From NCBI RefSeq assembly GCF_964355755.1, contig NC_092680.1:18361045-18425044 (forward strand): 64,000 bases of DNA. The letters are read 5' to 3'. Below the pieces are notes generated by a model. The model was not told the DNA's origin. It did no database searches and was given only the letters and a program-made list of their open reading frames with translations. Positions 24,101-34,297 of this stretch are shown here, in pieces. How positions within the stretch are numbered: the stretch's first letter is position 1; each line of letters begins with the position of its first letter. Both the position numbers and the translations under genes were made by a program. The DNA comes from Antedon mediterranea (Eukaryota; Animalia; Echinodermata).

Positions 24101-27100
24101 GTATCAGGGTGACTACTACCAAATTGCACAGTCACAAAACAAAAAACAGTTCATATATACAGTTAAAACATTGCTGGGAATTATAAATTTCTGTTGAAGC
24201 AATGATCAATAACATAATTATAAGAATAACAATCTTTTTCTTATATTCTAAAAGTGATGCGGACACACAAACAGTAATAATTAGTAATACAAAAAATATA
24301 TATTATATTTTTGTAAATAACTAAATTTACATATGTTTAGCTAGAATATGAATAAAAACATCACACACCCCAACACTGCATTCCCACCAATTTCAAGAAC
24401 TTTTAAACCAATCTTTCTCTGCAACTGTCCAGATATCTTTGAAAATAACAACTGTCTTGCTTCATTGGACGCTCTTGGGGTTCGAATTTTATCAATCCAC
24501 TGAAAAACAATTGAATGAATGAACTGAATAAATAATCAACATTTTAGTAAACTATTTTGTGGAACTATAAAGCTCCAGTATAAACTTGACAAGGTGCAAT
24601 ACAATAAAAATTCTCTCGCTGGAAGATAGAAGAAGGTGGGGGGGGGGGAGGTGTGAGAATACATATTTAAAGAGAATAGAAGCTAACATTTAAAGGCTCA
24701 CCTGATATTCTGGATCGTCATTGACAACTAGTTCCTCTACAAAACCAAGAACGGCTGACATTGTGTGGCGTGCTGGTACTTGGCTAGCTAAAATATTCAA
24801 TTAAAACCAGTTTGATATTGTTTTAGTGTTGCACAAGCAACAGATAAAACACACAATTAACCCCTTTCACAATAAGCTGTGAAATGCTAGTGTTACAGAG
24901 GTTTGTATGGAGAATAAACACTAATAAAGTCAGGTTTGTACACCATTAATAAATAATAAATAACATTTATAAAGCGCAAGAGACAAAGGTTTCGAAGCGC
25001 TGTGTTTTCCAAGATCTGTGCAAGTAGTAGCGTGTGATTATGCTTCTCTGAAGAGATGAGTTTTGAGTTTAGTTTTAAATGTGATTACAGATTTTGATGA
25101 GCGTATTTCGAGGAGTAGAGTGTTCCAGAGTTTTGGGGAAGCGACAGCGAAAGCACGATCACCGTAAAACCGAGTTCTGGAACGGGGTCCAGGTTTAAGA
25201 AGAAGTCTGCTGGATGAACGAAGCGTAGAGTTTGTTGACAGAGTAATGATGTCACATATGTAGGCTGGAGCACATCCGTTGATGGCCTTATATGTCAGCA
25301 ACAGGATTTTAAAACGAATGCGCTGATCTACAGGCAACAAGTGTAAGTCACGTAAAACGGGAGAAATATGTTCATGTCGTTTAGTGCCAGTGATAAGTCT
25401 TGCGGCGGAATTTTGGATTCGTTGAAGAGGAGACAGGTAAGAAATAGGTAGGCCGTACAGAAGCGAGTTATTACAGTCCAGACGAGATGAAACAAAAGCA
25501 TGAACAAGACGTTCAGTTGATGTTTTGTCAAGGTACTTACGAATCTGGCCGATCTGGTAAATTCCAAAGGAAGCACCAAGGCAAACATTACGAATGTGTT
25601 CTTTTAAACCGAGGCTGTTGTCTAGTTGGACGCCAAGATTTCTGGCTGAGCTGGAGGTAGAGACACTAGTATCTCCGATATTGACCAAAGGAAATGATGA
25701 TGCCTCACGGAACTTTGAATGAAAATGGATCATTTCAGTCTTGGAGTCATTGAACATGAGTTTATTTTGAATGGCCCACGAGCGAACATCAGCGATGCAT
25801 GATTCAAGGCTGTTAACAGATTCAGAATGATGTGTAGGTTTCATGATTAAATATAGTTGAGTGTCATCTGCATAGATCATATGACGAACTTCCGGGTGGG
25901 AATCAATGATGTTGCTGAGTGGTCCAGTGTATAAGATGAAATCGAGTGGACCTTTTACGGATCCCTGCGGTGAGAATGCAAGGTTGAGAATGTCTCTATT
26001 TAGAAACATGTAGTGTACCACAAACCAACTTATAACAGTAATTTTCAAATGTCAGGTGTGAAATTGTTTAAACAACAGCTTCCATTAGGTTAATCTGTAA
26101 AAAATCACTACGGAAGTCGTAAAATGACCATTTAATACCAACTGAGACTGTTTGAATATAGTAATATTTACTTACAGCTATAATTTGTCCAAGGCTATGA
26201 CTTGTCAGATGTTGAACAATTCATTCTCACAAGTATTAGAGAAAGGTACTTACAATAAAAAAATACTCACTACTAAAGAATTGCACACCACAAGATGATT
26301 GGCGAAACTTGTTAAGGTCAGGAAAGAGCTCAACAGACACAACTACCTTCATTTCACCTCTAACCCCATGCATAGTGTCATAGATTGGAAACCAACCGGA
26401 TATGTTAGAGGCACCTTCATTCCATAAAAGAGGATTTAAGTCTATATACAACTTTGAAAAAAAAGATGAATAGGATTTTAAGAACAAGAAAAACATATTT
26501 ATCCATTCAAACATCTGTACGTAGTGTGCATCAAACTCCACATTTATTTTTGTCATATCTTCCTAATAAAACAAACGATATAGTTTATATTCATTGAATA
26601 AAGAGAATCATTTATTATTTGTATATTATTATTATTTGTAGAATGGCTGACTTACTTTTCCAATAACATCATGAGAACTATATGTATCATAATCCATTAC
26701 TCTATAAATAAAACCAAACAAATTAATTTATACTTTACCAGAGGTCCCAAGTTGAAAAAAACGAAATTTGTTTTAATAATGGGCATCAATATAAACAGTG
26801 CTAGGAGTGTTTATTGGGAATGTTTGTTTTGAGAAAATGTTGTTTAATTTCAGTTATTTTAGATGAAAAATCTCTACTCTAGGCCTGTAGCTAGCCTAGG
26901 CCTAAATCGGTGGGAAATAGCAAATTTTCGGGTAGGCAGGGATCTGCAATTAAAATCAGGGAAAATCGGAAAAACCTACAAATTTCGGGGAACTTGGGAC
27001 CTCTGCTTTACTGTTATTAGGTATATTAAAGGACAACTTAACCGAGGACCATATGTTTACAACGTATCCTATTAGGGATGTATATATGATTTCAGAACAA

Positions 27101-29543
27101 TCCCAAGATTAAGGATATCGCCGCACGCGCTCTCCGTACAGTCGTCGCCGTAAATTGCTGTGAGGTCACAGGTGCATCTCAAAATCTACTTAATGAGTCC
27201 AGATAAGCAGAAGAAACAATAAAAAAATCAACATTTATGTTTTTACGATATATTTACTAAGTCTGTTTACTGTAAATTTTGACGTCACAGCAATTTACGG
27301 CGATGGCTGTACGGCGAGCGTGTGCGGCGATATCCTTAATCTCGTGATGGTTCTAAAATCATATGTACATCCCTAATACGTTGGTAAAATATGTAAAGTT
27401 GTCCTTTAATTTACAGGTACAAAATAAAGGTATATTTCTATAAATCCCTTGTAAAATGTAGAAAGATGTCTTTGCCCTTACCTTAATTGTAATGGTTCAT
27501 CTTGTAATTCTTCATCATCAACCTAATTTATTGAACAAACAGATATTTTAAATATGATTTTATTTACTCATTTTATTTATTTCTTGAATCGGCACATCAG
27601 ACACAAGTCACTGACACCACTATTCAAGGCACACCATTAACAGGGTACTTTATTTTGAGCTAAACAAAGGGAAATATATGTTGTATACACTTAAATTTAT
27701 TCATTCATATTCGTTATTAAGATAACACTGTTTGAAGGTGTCATGTCATGGGGTTTGACAGTAGTTCAAAACAATTAAACATTCTTTACCTCAAATTTAA
27801 ACCAGTCTGTGTTCCATTGTGGATTTAAAGATTTTCTAAATACTTCTGTTTTGTAAACACCTTGACCAAACTTAACCTAAAAAAATGACATGAATTAAAA
27901 TGTTGATTAGGCTACCCTGGTGAAGAGGCAGAATAATTTAACGCCCTTTGAAGGAATAAACATGCCCAAAGGCGCTTTACATACATGGACGTACACTTCT
28001 GAACTACTATACATGCTTCCTCTCACGTAATGTATGTTTGTTTGTTAGCAGGATTACTCAAAAAGTAATTACAAGATCTTACCAAAATGAATATACGGAT
28101 AGATATGTGGTAAAGGACCATTCCATTAAATTTTGGGACCATTTGGGACCATGGTCCCAATTCTGGACCACTTTTTTAGTATACAATTCAGACCTGCTAG
28201 TGTTAAAAGATAGGCCAGAATTTTCCAAAAGCCGGCGAGCAGTCTTAAAGTAACAAATAAACTAAAATTGCATTTTCTCGAGAACTACTTGTCCAAAAAA
28301 CTTCATTTTTGTACAAGAGGCAAGAGTTATAACTTGTGATTTGTAAATTTAAAACATAATTCGATTTAATGTGCACGTTTTTTGATGCGAGTAGTTTAAA
28401 AAACCTATTTCTTTTCAAATTCACTCGTTTGATTTTCGCGTTGCTGTTCTGTTGTTAGTCAACTGAAGCTATTGTTAATTGAAAGGCTTGTTACATAACC
28501 ATTACACCAAACTCGCATACACATGCTTGTTTGTAGTGAAATTAGCCTAAATCACAAACAGCATTAAGACACACACAAATATATATATATTTCTTTTTTA
28601 CCGGAGAAATCTTATGCAGGGGAATTTTACAGTAGGCGGAGGTATGCACTCTCGGAGTGTCTTTCTAGTTGTCCTTATGCGAGAAGACTCGTGCTAGTTT
28701 ATTCTTTGAACTTTGCAAACCTAAGACCCAGCTACCTGGCTAACGCAGATACATTGCAAACACGCCACCGAGCTTGCCAACTATATCAAGTAGCGGCGGA
28801 CACGTGTCGCTTGTGTCTGGAAATAACCGTTACGCTCTGACAGAAAGTCCAGAGGAGAGTTTGTCCAGATGTTTTTAAAAGACCATTTAGCCCATAATCA
28901 AGTCTCTAAAGAAAACACTTTGAATAACCTTACGACCTTTCCCATCGTTAAACCAGGAGAGATTGACACTATTTAAGTACAGATTTTACATTGTTATCCG
29001 TCATAGAAATACCTTATTATACCATTAATCACTTAAACACCCCTGGATCAACTTAGGACCAATCAGAAACACCACAGTTGATGTAATCACATAAGCTAAT
29101 GAACTGAGCCAATATACCCCCAAGTTTCAGAAGAGCCCAGACACACCTCACAGCCACTTCTCCAGAAGAACATCTACACTCACACCTCACCGACAGCATC
29201 ACTGTATCATCTGTTCCTTAGTTAGTTAGTTGCATCATTATTATTGTATCATCAAGTTGAAGTATTATTGAATAAACAATATATGTGTTACTACAGTCAA
29301 GCGAATAGAGTCTTCATTACAAGTCAGTACCTCAACTTAACACTATATTACACAATGGGAATTAGGATCAAATAAAATATGTGGTTACTTTTTTTTTATT
29401 GATAAAGTGTATCTTGTGTTGACAGTAAAAACATTTTTTGTTAACAACTATACCTCTACAAATGCATCAGCCAGGTCACTGGCCCTGTCCATAACAGGCA
29501 GATCTCTTGCAGCCACAATGCGCACTTTCAGTTTTCCAGGCAT
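857..29543 (-). CDS. C2CD5: C2 domain-containing protein 5 (CDP138/KIAA0528), multi-exon, 3' part lies outside the window
   Basis: Hand-spliced GT-AG exons with consistent phases: 29454-29543 (MPGKLKVRIVAARDLPVMDRASDLADAFVE), 27790-27876, 27482-27522, 26656-26701, 26271-26451 (GWFPIYDTMHGVRGE), 24702-24787 (GFVEELVVNDDPEYQ), 24369-24499 (WIDKIRTPRASNEARQ), 23768-23902 (CFDLEGESGIVVRGIGTA), 21302-21447, 21096-21181, 20152-20260, 19200-19314 (DEPETRDAWW), 18220-18378, 8826-8933, 8578-8667, 8396-8453, 6647-6700 (LPFMEYELH), 5061-5135 (KGMNALFGL), 3501-3563, 2813-2914, 1995-2111, 1246-1306, 857-918. The peptides match C2CD5 as recalled. Confidence 0.96.
3921..4560. repeat. ~263-bp tandem duplication (2 full units + 1 partial)
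   Basis: TATACTTTATTTCAACATATTGACTTGAAAACC recurs at 3921, 4184 and 4447. Confidence 0.9.
6186..6508. mobile_element. Kolobok-like MITE with long TIRs and TTAA TSD
   Basis: TTAA|AGGACAACTTGACC...GGTCAAGTTGTACT|TTAA, with ~125-bp imperfect inverted repeats. Confidence 0.8.
8016..8343. repeat. 82-bp tandem repeat x4, each unit with a hairpin
   Basis: Units start at 8016, 8098, 8180 and 8262; internal TGCCATTCAT...ATGAATGGCA. Confidence 0.95.
9286..9540 (+). mobile_element. Terminal fragment of a second TTAA-ending (Kolobok-like) element; paralog at ~13082-13368
   Basis: Shared ~260 bp ending in C.CACCTTGCCT|TTAA and CGTACCTGGCCT|TTAA. Confidence 0.6.
10060..10600 (+). mobile_element. Non-LTR retrotransposon 3' fragment (L1/Tx1-like zf-RVT zinc knuckle)
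   Basis: FNFKLLHRIL...C..C....E...HLLFSC..I.PIW in ORF 10113-10502. Confidence 0.8.
11497..11568 (+). tRNA. tRNA-like gene, anticodon ATC (Asp-type), probably repeat-derived; copy 1
   Basis: Full cloverleaf: GCCCCAG/TTGGGGC, D arm GTCT/GGAC, anticodon stem TCTGC/GCAGG with loop ATATCAA, T arm TCGAG-TTCGAGT-CTCGG, discriminator G, and a T-run 3 nt downstream. Confidence 0.6.
11755..11826 (+). tRNA. tRNA-like gene, anticodon ATC; copy 2 (identical)
   Basis: Identical to copy 1 and part of a ~258-bp tandem duplication separated by (TA)n. Confidence 0.6.
11968..12148 (-). mobile_element. Truncated, head-to-tail duplicated copy of the 18.6-kb element, embedded in (TA)n
   Basis: Shares GACAATGCTGTGGGTATCAGTGGCTGGATCTCAATGG..AAAACAGCCAGAAAAGTTA.CAGAGC with 18614-18720. 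A more diverged copy lies at ~11330-11452. Confidence 0.7.
12245..12475 (+). promoter_or_regulatory. Putative promoter and 5' non-coding exon of the nested GPCR
   Basis: Cluster of CCAAT/ATTGG boxes at ~12249-12335. Strong donor ATG|GTAAGT at 12475/12476. Candidate acceptor CTAATTTGCAG ending at 14061, just upstream of the CDS. Confidence 0.45.
14174..16852 (+). CDS. Rhodopsin-family (class A) GPCR, amine-receptor-like architecture, with a huge repeat-expanded ICL3; nested antisense in a C2CD5 intron
   Basis: Single-exon ORF from GCCATG at 14174. N-terminal sequons NMT/NLT/NET; TM1 Asn; TM2 NLNVTDL; TM3 DRL followed by PVKY; TM4 Trp; TM5 P..I..IY; TM6 SWLG; TM7 NSAINP; short C-tail. Confidence 0.92.
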   Translation: MNMTNLTTNETNPEANLEIVPIAFIFCTAIAGLIVMIMNTLTLISFVKENKLCKYSNKLIINLNVTDLLTGFVLLVGCLFIACPDFAPIVNAVMRDIHNSLLLVSNLNIITIAADRLYAIIQPVKYRINRNNKRIVILCIATWATSVIMWMCLRISFTILEGPTISNFYELPEYYNYMWSAVLVTVMYFWGPITIITIIYGIVFWKIRKRNSNRRLILKGSHKLYKTEHFDIISQTEEQTSMSFCLQTASSSESDRQTVSSSDTQTALSSDRQTATSSNRQTATSSDRQTATSSDRQTATSSDRQTATSSDRQTATSSDRQTATSSDTQTATSSDRQTVTSSDRQTASSSDRQTATSSDRQTATSSDRQTATSSDTQTATSSDRQTATSFDRQTASSSDTQTATSSDTQTATSSDTQTATSSDTETATSSDTQTATSFDRLTPTSFDRLTPTSSDRQTATSSDTQTATSSDTQTATSSDTQTATYSDTETATSSDTQTATFSDRQIATSSDRQTATSSDTQTATSSERQTATSSDTQTATSSDRQTPTSFDRQTSTSFDRLTPTSSDRQTATSSDRQTATSSDRQTATSSDRQTATSSDTQTATSSDRQTATSSDTQTATSSDRQTATSSDTQTATSSDRQTPTSFDRLTPTSSDRQTATSSDRQTATSSDRQTATSSDRQAATSSDTQTATSADRQAATSSDRQTPTSFDRLTPTSSDTQTATSSDRQTAKSSDRQTATSSDSQTATSSDRQTATSSDRPTATSSDRQTAKYSNSANLTISKQVQEIEHHSMRINKVKRNENKKWFKGCNKAYLTISLIIMFYIVSWLGFSITAIMIAYVEYKPTLYQTNKLLNMIFRIAYSFKYMNSAINPLAIILSQPLMRRTIYNMFT
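14914..16490 (+). repeat. Coding 24-bp minisatellite (consensus ACATCTTCTGACAGACAAACTGCT, ~65 units) encoding (TSSDRQTA)n
   Basis: Directly visible tandem units that preserve the reading frame. Confidence 0.97.
16925..17188. mobile_element. PIF/Harbinger-like palindromic MITE (family B) plus a tandem partial duplicate, in or just downstream of the GPCR 3'UTR
   Basis: TAA|AGCGTGGTTCCCACTAG...CTAGTGGGAACCAAGCT; the right half is repeated at 17107-17188 and ends GCT|TAA. Confidence 0.8.
18712..18752 (-). ncRNA. Minimal hammerhead ribozyme, one core substitution
   Basis: The minus strand reads TTGCA-CTGATGA-A-GGGC-TAGTGTT-GCCC-GAAT-GCTC-TGC. The paralogous copy at ~12090 retains GAAAGCTCTG. Confidence 0.65.
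19004..19042 (+). ncRNA. Minimal type I hammerhead ribozyme (Penelope/retrozyme-type)
   Basis: TTCAC-CTGATGA-T-GGGC-TAT-GCCC-GAAA-CATG-TC-GTAAA. Core motifs intact, 4-bp stem II, palindromic stem III region ACATGT, cleavage triplet GTC. Confidence 0.8.
21886..22053. mobile_element. MITE family C (TIR AGCTCTGTCTACACTATCAAACT); about ten copies in the window
   Basis: Other copies or fragments at ~19811-19951, 20012-20148, 22861-22990, 40280-40425, 40520-40662, 49744-49938, 51840-51915, 57181-57305 and 62950-63085. Internal AAATATGGTAGTGATATG subrepeats vary in number. Confidence 0.8.
24950..25970 (-). mobile_element. 5'-truncated L2/CR1-clade LINE (reverse transcriptase C-terminal part)
   Basis: ORF with PQGSV.GP, YADDTQLY, N..KTE, NLGV..D, SRLDC.N.LL.GLP and G.RAF....P.LWN. 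3' tail has a GCGC hairpin and AT-rich repeats at ~24950-25001. Confidence 0.9.
27030..27405. mobile_element. Second copy of the Kolobok-like MITE
   Basis: TTAA|AGGACAACTT...AAGTTGTCCT|TTAA; same TIR and internal sequence as 6186-6508, in inverted orientation. Confidence 0.8.
28012..28670 (+). mobile_element. Helentron-associated (HINE/DINE-1-like) non-autonomous element
   Basis: 5' (GTTT)n-TAGCAGGATTAC; 3' GGCGGAGG, then hairpin CACTC-TCG-GAGTG, then CTAG-TT end. Confidence 0.55.
28671..29342 (+). mobile_element. Possible LTR or solo-LTR remnant
   Basis: Distinct composition, CCAAT boxes, AATAAA at 29271, and an ...AACA end. No clear TSD, so the 5' boundary is uncertain. Confidence 0.3.
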
Positions 29544-29759
29544 CTTGATGTATATTTACAGATTGCAATCTGAAACAAAAATCAGAGTTAGAAGTTACTT
29601 TATCCATCCATTTTATATTTGACTACTACTAGGCAACGGCTATCTCCGAAAATTTCTAATATTGTCCTGTCGCTTCCAGTGTATTTGTTGGCCTTGTTTG
29701 CCGAGAAAAAATGCAAAGCAAAATTGTTAAAAATCAACACAATAGTTCTATTGACTTAG

Positions 29760-30432
29760 CCTATTATTTATAATTAATCTAGACTAGGCCCAGGCTTACT
29801 GTACGTAACAATAATTATTGATAAACTCAACATCCCATTTACTTATGGTGCACCGGTGAATCAATTATAAATTTAATTAATTTGCCTGGACCCGATCGTC
29901 TTTTTTTTATTAGAATGGGGCGCCCTCTAATCGTCTAATTATGTTGGGCCTGATCGTCTAATAATAATAATATGGTCAAAGTTAATTTGACGGCCGATCA
30001 TATAATAATAATAAAACAATCGCTAGGCTAGGGCCTAGCCTAGCCCAGTTTGCTTCGATTTTTCAACTAGGCCTAGCCTATAGGCCTACTAGACTCAGAC
30101 TAGGGCCTAGCCTAAGCCTTAAGGCTTAAGCCTATATAGGCCTATTCTATATACTGTTAAATATTCTTCTGTCTGATACATTCATAATCATATAGCACTA
30201 GATGGACCACTCAATTAGGCCTGGCCCTGGCCCATATAGGCCTACTGTAGCTCCTCTAGTTAGGCTATAGTATTAGTATTAGTAGGGCTAGCCTAGCAGG
30301 CCTACTTACCTAGGCTAGGCCTAGCTAAAGGTAGGCCTCTAGGCCCTAGTTAGGCCTAGGCTACCTAGCTAGGCCCTAGGCCTACTCTAGGGGCCTACTA
30401 GGCCTAGGCCTAGCCTATAATAGGCTAGGCTA
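29760..30432. repeat. Low-complexity TAGGCCTA/TAGGCTA/TAGCCTA-rich tract in the C2CD5 5'UTR intron
   Basis: Dozens of overlapping, non-periodic TA-GGCC-TA variants. Confidence 0.85.
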
Positions 30433-31279
30433 TATAATGTTGTTATACCCACCACTCATTCAATACAGATACTTTATCAAACCTACTCACTGGTTGTCTA
30501 TTTTTAATCAATTAATAATAATTCAGAGAGAAATTCATCACCCACCTACCTCATCAGTTGTTCTAAATCATCGCTAGGTCCAGGCCTTGCCAAAACGTAT
30601 GGAAGGCCTCTAGCCGCCAGGCACCTACTCCCACCAAAGAACTTCGGCGATTTGTAGAGGGCGCTGTTTGAAATATTAATAAAACTCCTTCTTATATCAC
30701 ATGCCAATGTTATAAAGTCGTTTTTTGAAAGTTAATAGAGTTGGTGCGCTAACCACTGCAGTTGGGAAGAGTAAATTTAATAATTAATATATAAAAAAAT
30801 TCTAAGCGGCATCTACTTGATTTATTTGTTTTTTTTTATTCACCATAATAGTATTATTACTACCTTACAGGCCTTTACAGTTTCTGGGGTATTCAATCTT
30901 CCCTGTAATAAACAAGAGGCAGCCAATTCTGAAATTGTGGAATTATGGTGGTAAACTTACTTTTTTTTTTCATGTAGGCCTAAAAAAACTGTATCTCCCA
31001 ACAAATTGGTCCTGTTTTTCCTGCTATTCAATCCTGTAGTCCATAGTATACAAGTGCTGTACTCTGATGGTTGATCTGATTCTCAGACTGGTCCAGATAT
31101 AATCTGTTAACTTTGAAATTGTATAATTGAGATTAGTAAACTTATTTTTGATTATCTTTCCACAAAAAATGAGTTGTGCTGTTTTTTATTTTTTTTTTTT
31201 GCTATTCCAACCTTGCTGGATGTCCTATCCAAGTGCTGTGCAATGTATCTCTGGTATACCTACCTTTGTCTGGATGAAA

Positions 31280-31970
31280 AATGCATTGAAACTTAAACCT
31301 CTACGTTCTTACATGGAGTAATGGTTCTTAGCTACACTTAATATAACTTAGCTACACACAACCTGCAGTGAAAATTTACTATATCAAGATATAATGCCAC
31401 CTCACACATTATATAAAGTAAATAAAAAAGCAACCTGATTTGAAATGCATTGAAACTTAAACCTCTATATTCTTGAGCTACACTTAATATATCTTAGCTA
31501 CAAACATACCACCTGCCGGTAAAATGTACTATACCAAGGTATAATGCCACCTTACACATTATATAAATGAATTTTTTTTAAACCTGATTTTAAATGCATT
31601 GAAACTTATTCTTAGCTACACTTAATATATCTTAGCTACACACAACCTGCAGAAAACATTTAATATACCAAGATATAATACCACCTTACACATTATATGA
31701 AATACATTTACAAAAACATAACCTGACCTCTATATTCTTAGCTACACACTGAATATATCTTAGCTACACACAACCTGCAGAAAACATTTAATATACCAAG
31801 ATATAATGCCACCTTACACATTATATAAAATGTATTTACCAAAAAATAACCTAAAAAAATACATTAAAACTTCTACCTCTACGTTCTTAGTTACACTTAA
31901 TATATCTTAGCTACACACATAATACATGCTGGGAAAATTTATTATACCAAGATATATTTCCACCTTAGTC
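31280..31970. repeat. Diverged ~120-160-bp tandem repeat (about 5 units)
   Basis: Recurrent TTCTTAGCTACACTTAATATATCTTAGCTACACACAACCTGC..CCAAGATATAATGCCACCTTACACATTATA. Confidence 0.85.
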
Positions 31971-31994
31971 ATAAAATAACAAATGTTTGACTAT

Positions 31995-33003
31995 GATGTT
32001 TCTGAATTGATTGGTTTCAAGAGTTTTGTATCAGGATGCCAATAAGTCCATATCTGAAGAGAAATTTAAATAAAATGAATTATACCATTACATAGGATAT
32101 GATGTTTCTTACCTGTGATTGGTTCCAACAACCTTGCATTGGTATGTGCATACTGTAAGTGCTATCTGAAATGGGAAAGTATAAAGAAATTTAATTATAC
32201 CATTACATAGTATATAATGTTTCTTACCTGTGATTGGTCACAAAAGCTTTTGCATCGGTATGACCATATCTGAAAGGGAAAGTAATAAAAAATGAATTAT
32301 ACCATTACATAGTATATAATGTATCTTACCTGTGATTGGTTCCAACAACCTTGCATTGATATGTGCATACGGTAGGTGCTATCTGAAATGAGAAGGTATA
32401 AAGAAATTTAATTATACCATTACATAGTATATAATGTTTCTTACCTGTGATTGGTCACAAAAGCTTTTGCATCAGTATGTCCATATCTGAAATGAGAAAG
32501 TAAAAATAAAATTAATTATACCATTGCATAGGCTTTGATGTTTTTTACCTGTGATTGGTTCCAACTGCCTTGCATCGGGATGTCCATATCTGAAATGGTA
32601 AAGTAAAAATTAAATGAATTATACCATTACATAATATATGATGTTTCTTACCTGTGATTGATTCCAACAGCCTTGCATCAGTATGTCCATATCTGAAATG
32701 AGAAAGTAAAAATAAAATTAATTATACCATTGCATAGGCTTTGATGTTTTTTACCTGTGATTGGTTCCAACTGCCTTGCATCGGGATGTCCATATCTGAA
32801 ATGGTAAAGTAAAAATTAAATTAATTATACCATTACATAGTATATGAAGTTTCTTACCTGTGTTTGGTTCCAACAGCTTTGCATTGGTATGCCCATAGGT
32901 AGGTGCTATCTGAAATGAGAAAGTATAAAGAAATTTAATTATATAGAATATGTTTCTTACCTGTGATTAGTCCCAACAGTCTTGCATCGGTATGTCCATA
33001 TCT
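31995..33003 (-). repeat. ~103-115-bp tandem repeat whose unit is one intron plus one micro-exon (about 10 units)
   Basis: Recurrent TTACCTGTGATTGG...ATCTGAAA on the plus strand. Confidence 0.9.
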
Positions 33004-34297
33004 GATTGTTTTCTTGTATGTCAAAACTGGATCTGAAAAGAGAAACATCATGCTGGTTAAATATATTTCTTTGTTTTAGTTTATTTTTTATATACCTTAC
33101 TATAATTTTTTTCTACAATTTGACAAGGTCCCCCAAATTTATTTTGCATGCTTTCTGTTTCATTTTACATTTTACACAATAAACAATGATGTGTTAGTAT
33201 ACATGTAGCATTCATCATCATGTGTATGCATTTAACTAATAGTTCTGCTGAAGAAACCTCAAGAAACCTAAATTGTCTGAAAAACAAAAGGAAGTGCAGG
33301 GGGAAAATTATTCTTAATAATGTGTAGTTAACATACATAAAAACAATAACATATACTGTAAATGGCAAAACATTTATTTGTGTAAATGTAAAAGGTTACA
33401 GAAATATGTGCAGAAAGCAAAGCTACCTAAAATCTAACTGCAAAGAAGTATGATGAATATTCGGGTTGTGTGATTTTAAACCTAAACATTCTTACTGGGA
33501 AATATAAGGATATAAATTAATATTACTTATCTGTCAAAACTGTAGAGAAGCACAGCATAAATGAATGATGATACCATACCAGGCAGCAATTTAAAGACTG
33601 GAAGTAAGACCTGGAAAAAATATAATAATAAATAAATAAATATTCGTCCTTAAATAAAGCAAGTAGGCCTATTGTAGACTGTATTATTATATTATTTTAA
33701 AAGTTTTAACCTATTCAATTTAACAATACCTTTTCCCTTATTCAAATTATACAACTCTTCATAAGAGCCCGAGACTCCTATCCCGCGAGTAGATTGGGCC
33801 GAGTGGAAAAGCATGACTACGTACGTTCTGAACACCACCAGTGAACGGCTAAACAGACGATAATAACAGTTCGCGGTGATTTACTTTTTATAAAACATAG
33901 CTTAATATAGGCCGAGTTATTTTAACTAACAATTGAAAAATAAACTATGTTAATGAAATCTGTGTTGTAAAAAGTAATAATGAATGTGTTAAAATTAAAA
34001 ATCAACAAATTAGTAGGCCTAGGACGACGTAGAATCACTTACAATTTCATAATAGGCTACGTACGAGTCGATCGAGGCGAAGGTGGTTTATAAATTCAAC
34101 ATTTTCTGTATAAAAATGTCGCAATAAATGTGATACATAACTAAATTATGAGCTAGGGCCTACTAAAAGTCGATATTGTAATCAAGAACTCGTGGTATTT
34201 TTGATTAGTGTATATTTTTAAACAAATAAAATACTTACCTTCTCTCTCTTTTTAGGCTCCGATGTTTCTTCGCCGTCGACTTACAAAAATGGCAACG
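31995..34297 (-). ncRNA. Probable spliced non-coding transcript (or distal 5'UTR of C2CD5) with tandem micro-exons
   Basis: Exon 1 at ~34239-34297 ends in GAAG|GTAAGT. Exon 2 at ~33531-33610 has a good acceptor but a non-canonical donor ATAAGT. Nine short exons in 32113-33032 have TTTCAG/GTAA sites. Exon lengths do not keep a frame. Confidence 0.55.

Noticed and set aside
31995-33032. CRISPR-like repeat/spacer appearance
   Set aside because: Eukaryotic context, the 'spacers' are homologous to each other, there are no cas genes, and the units are explained by intron/exon duplication.
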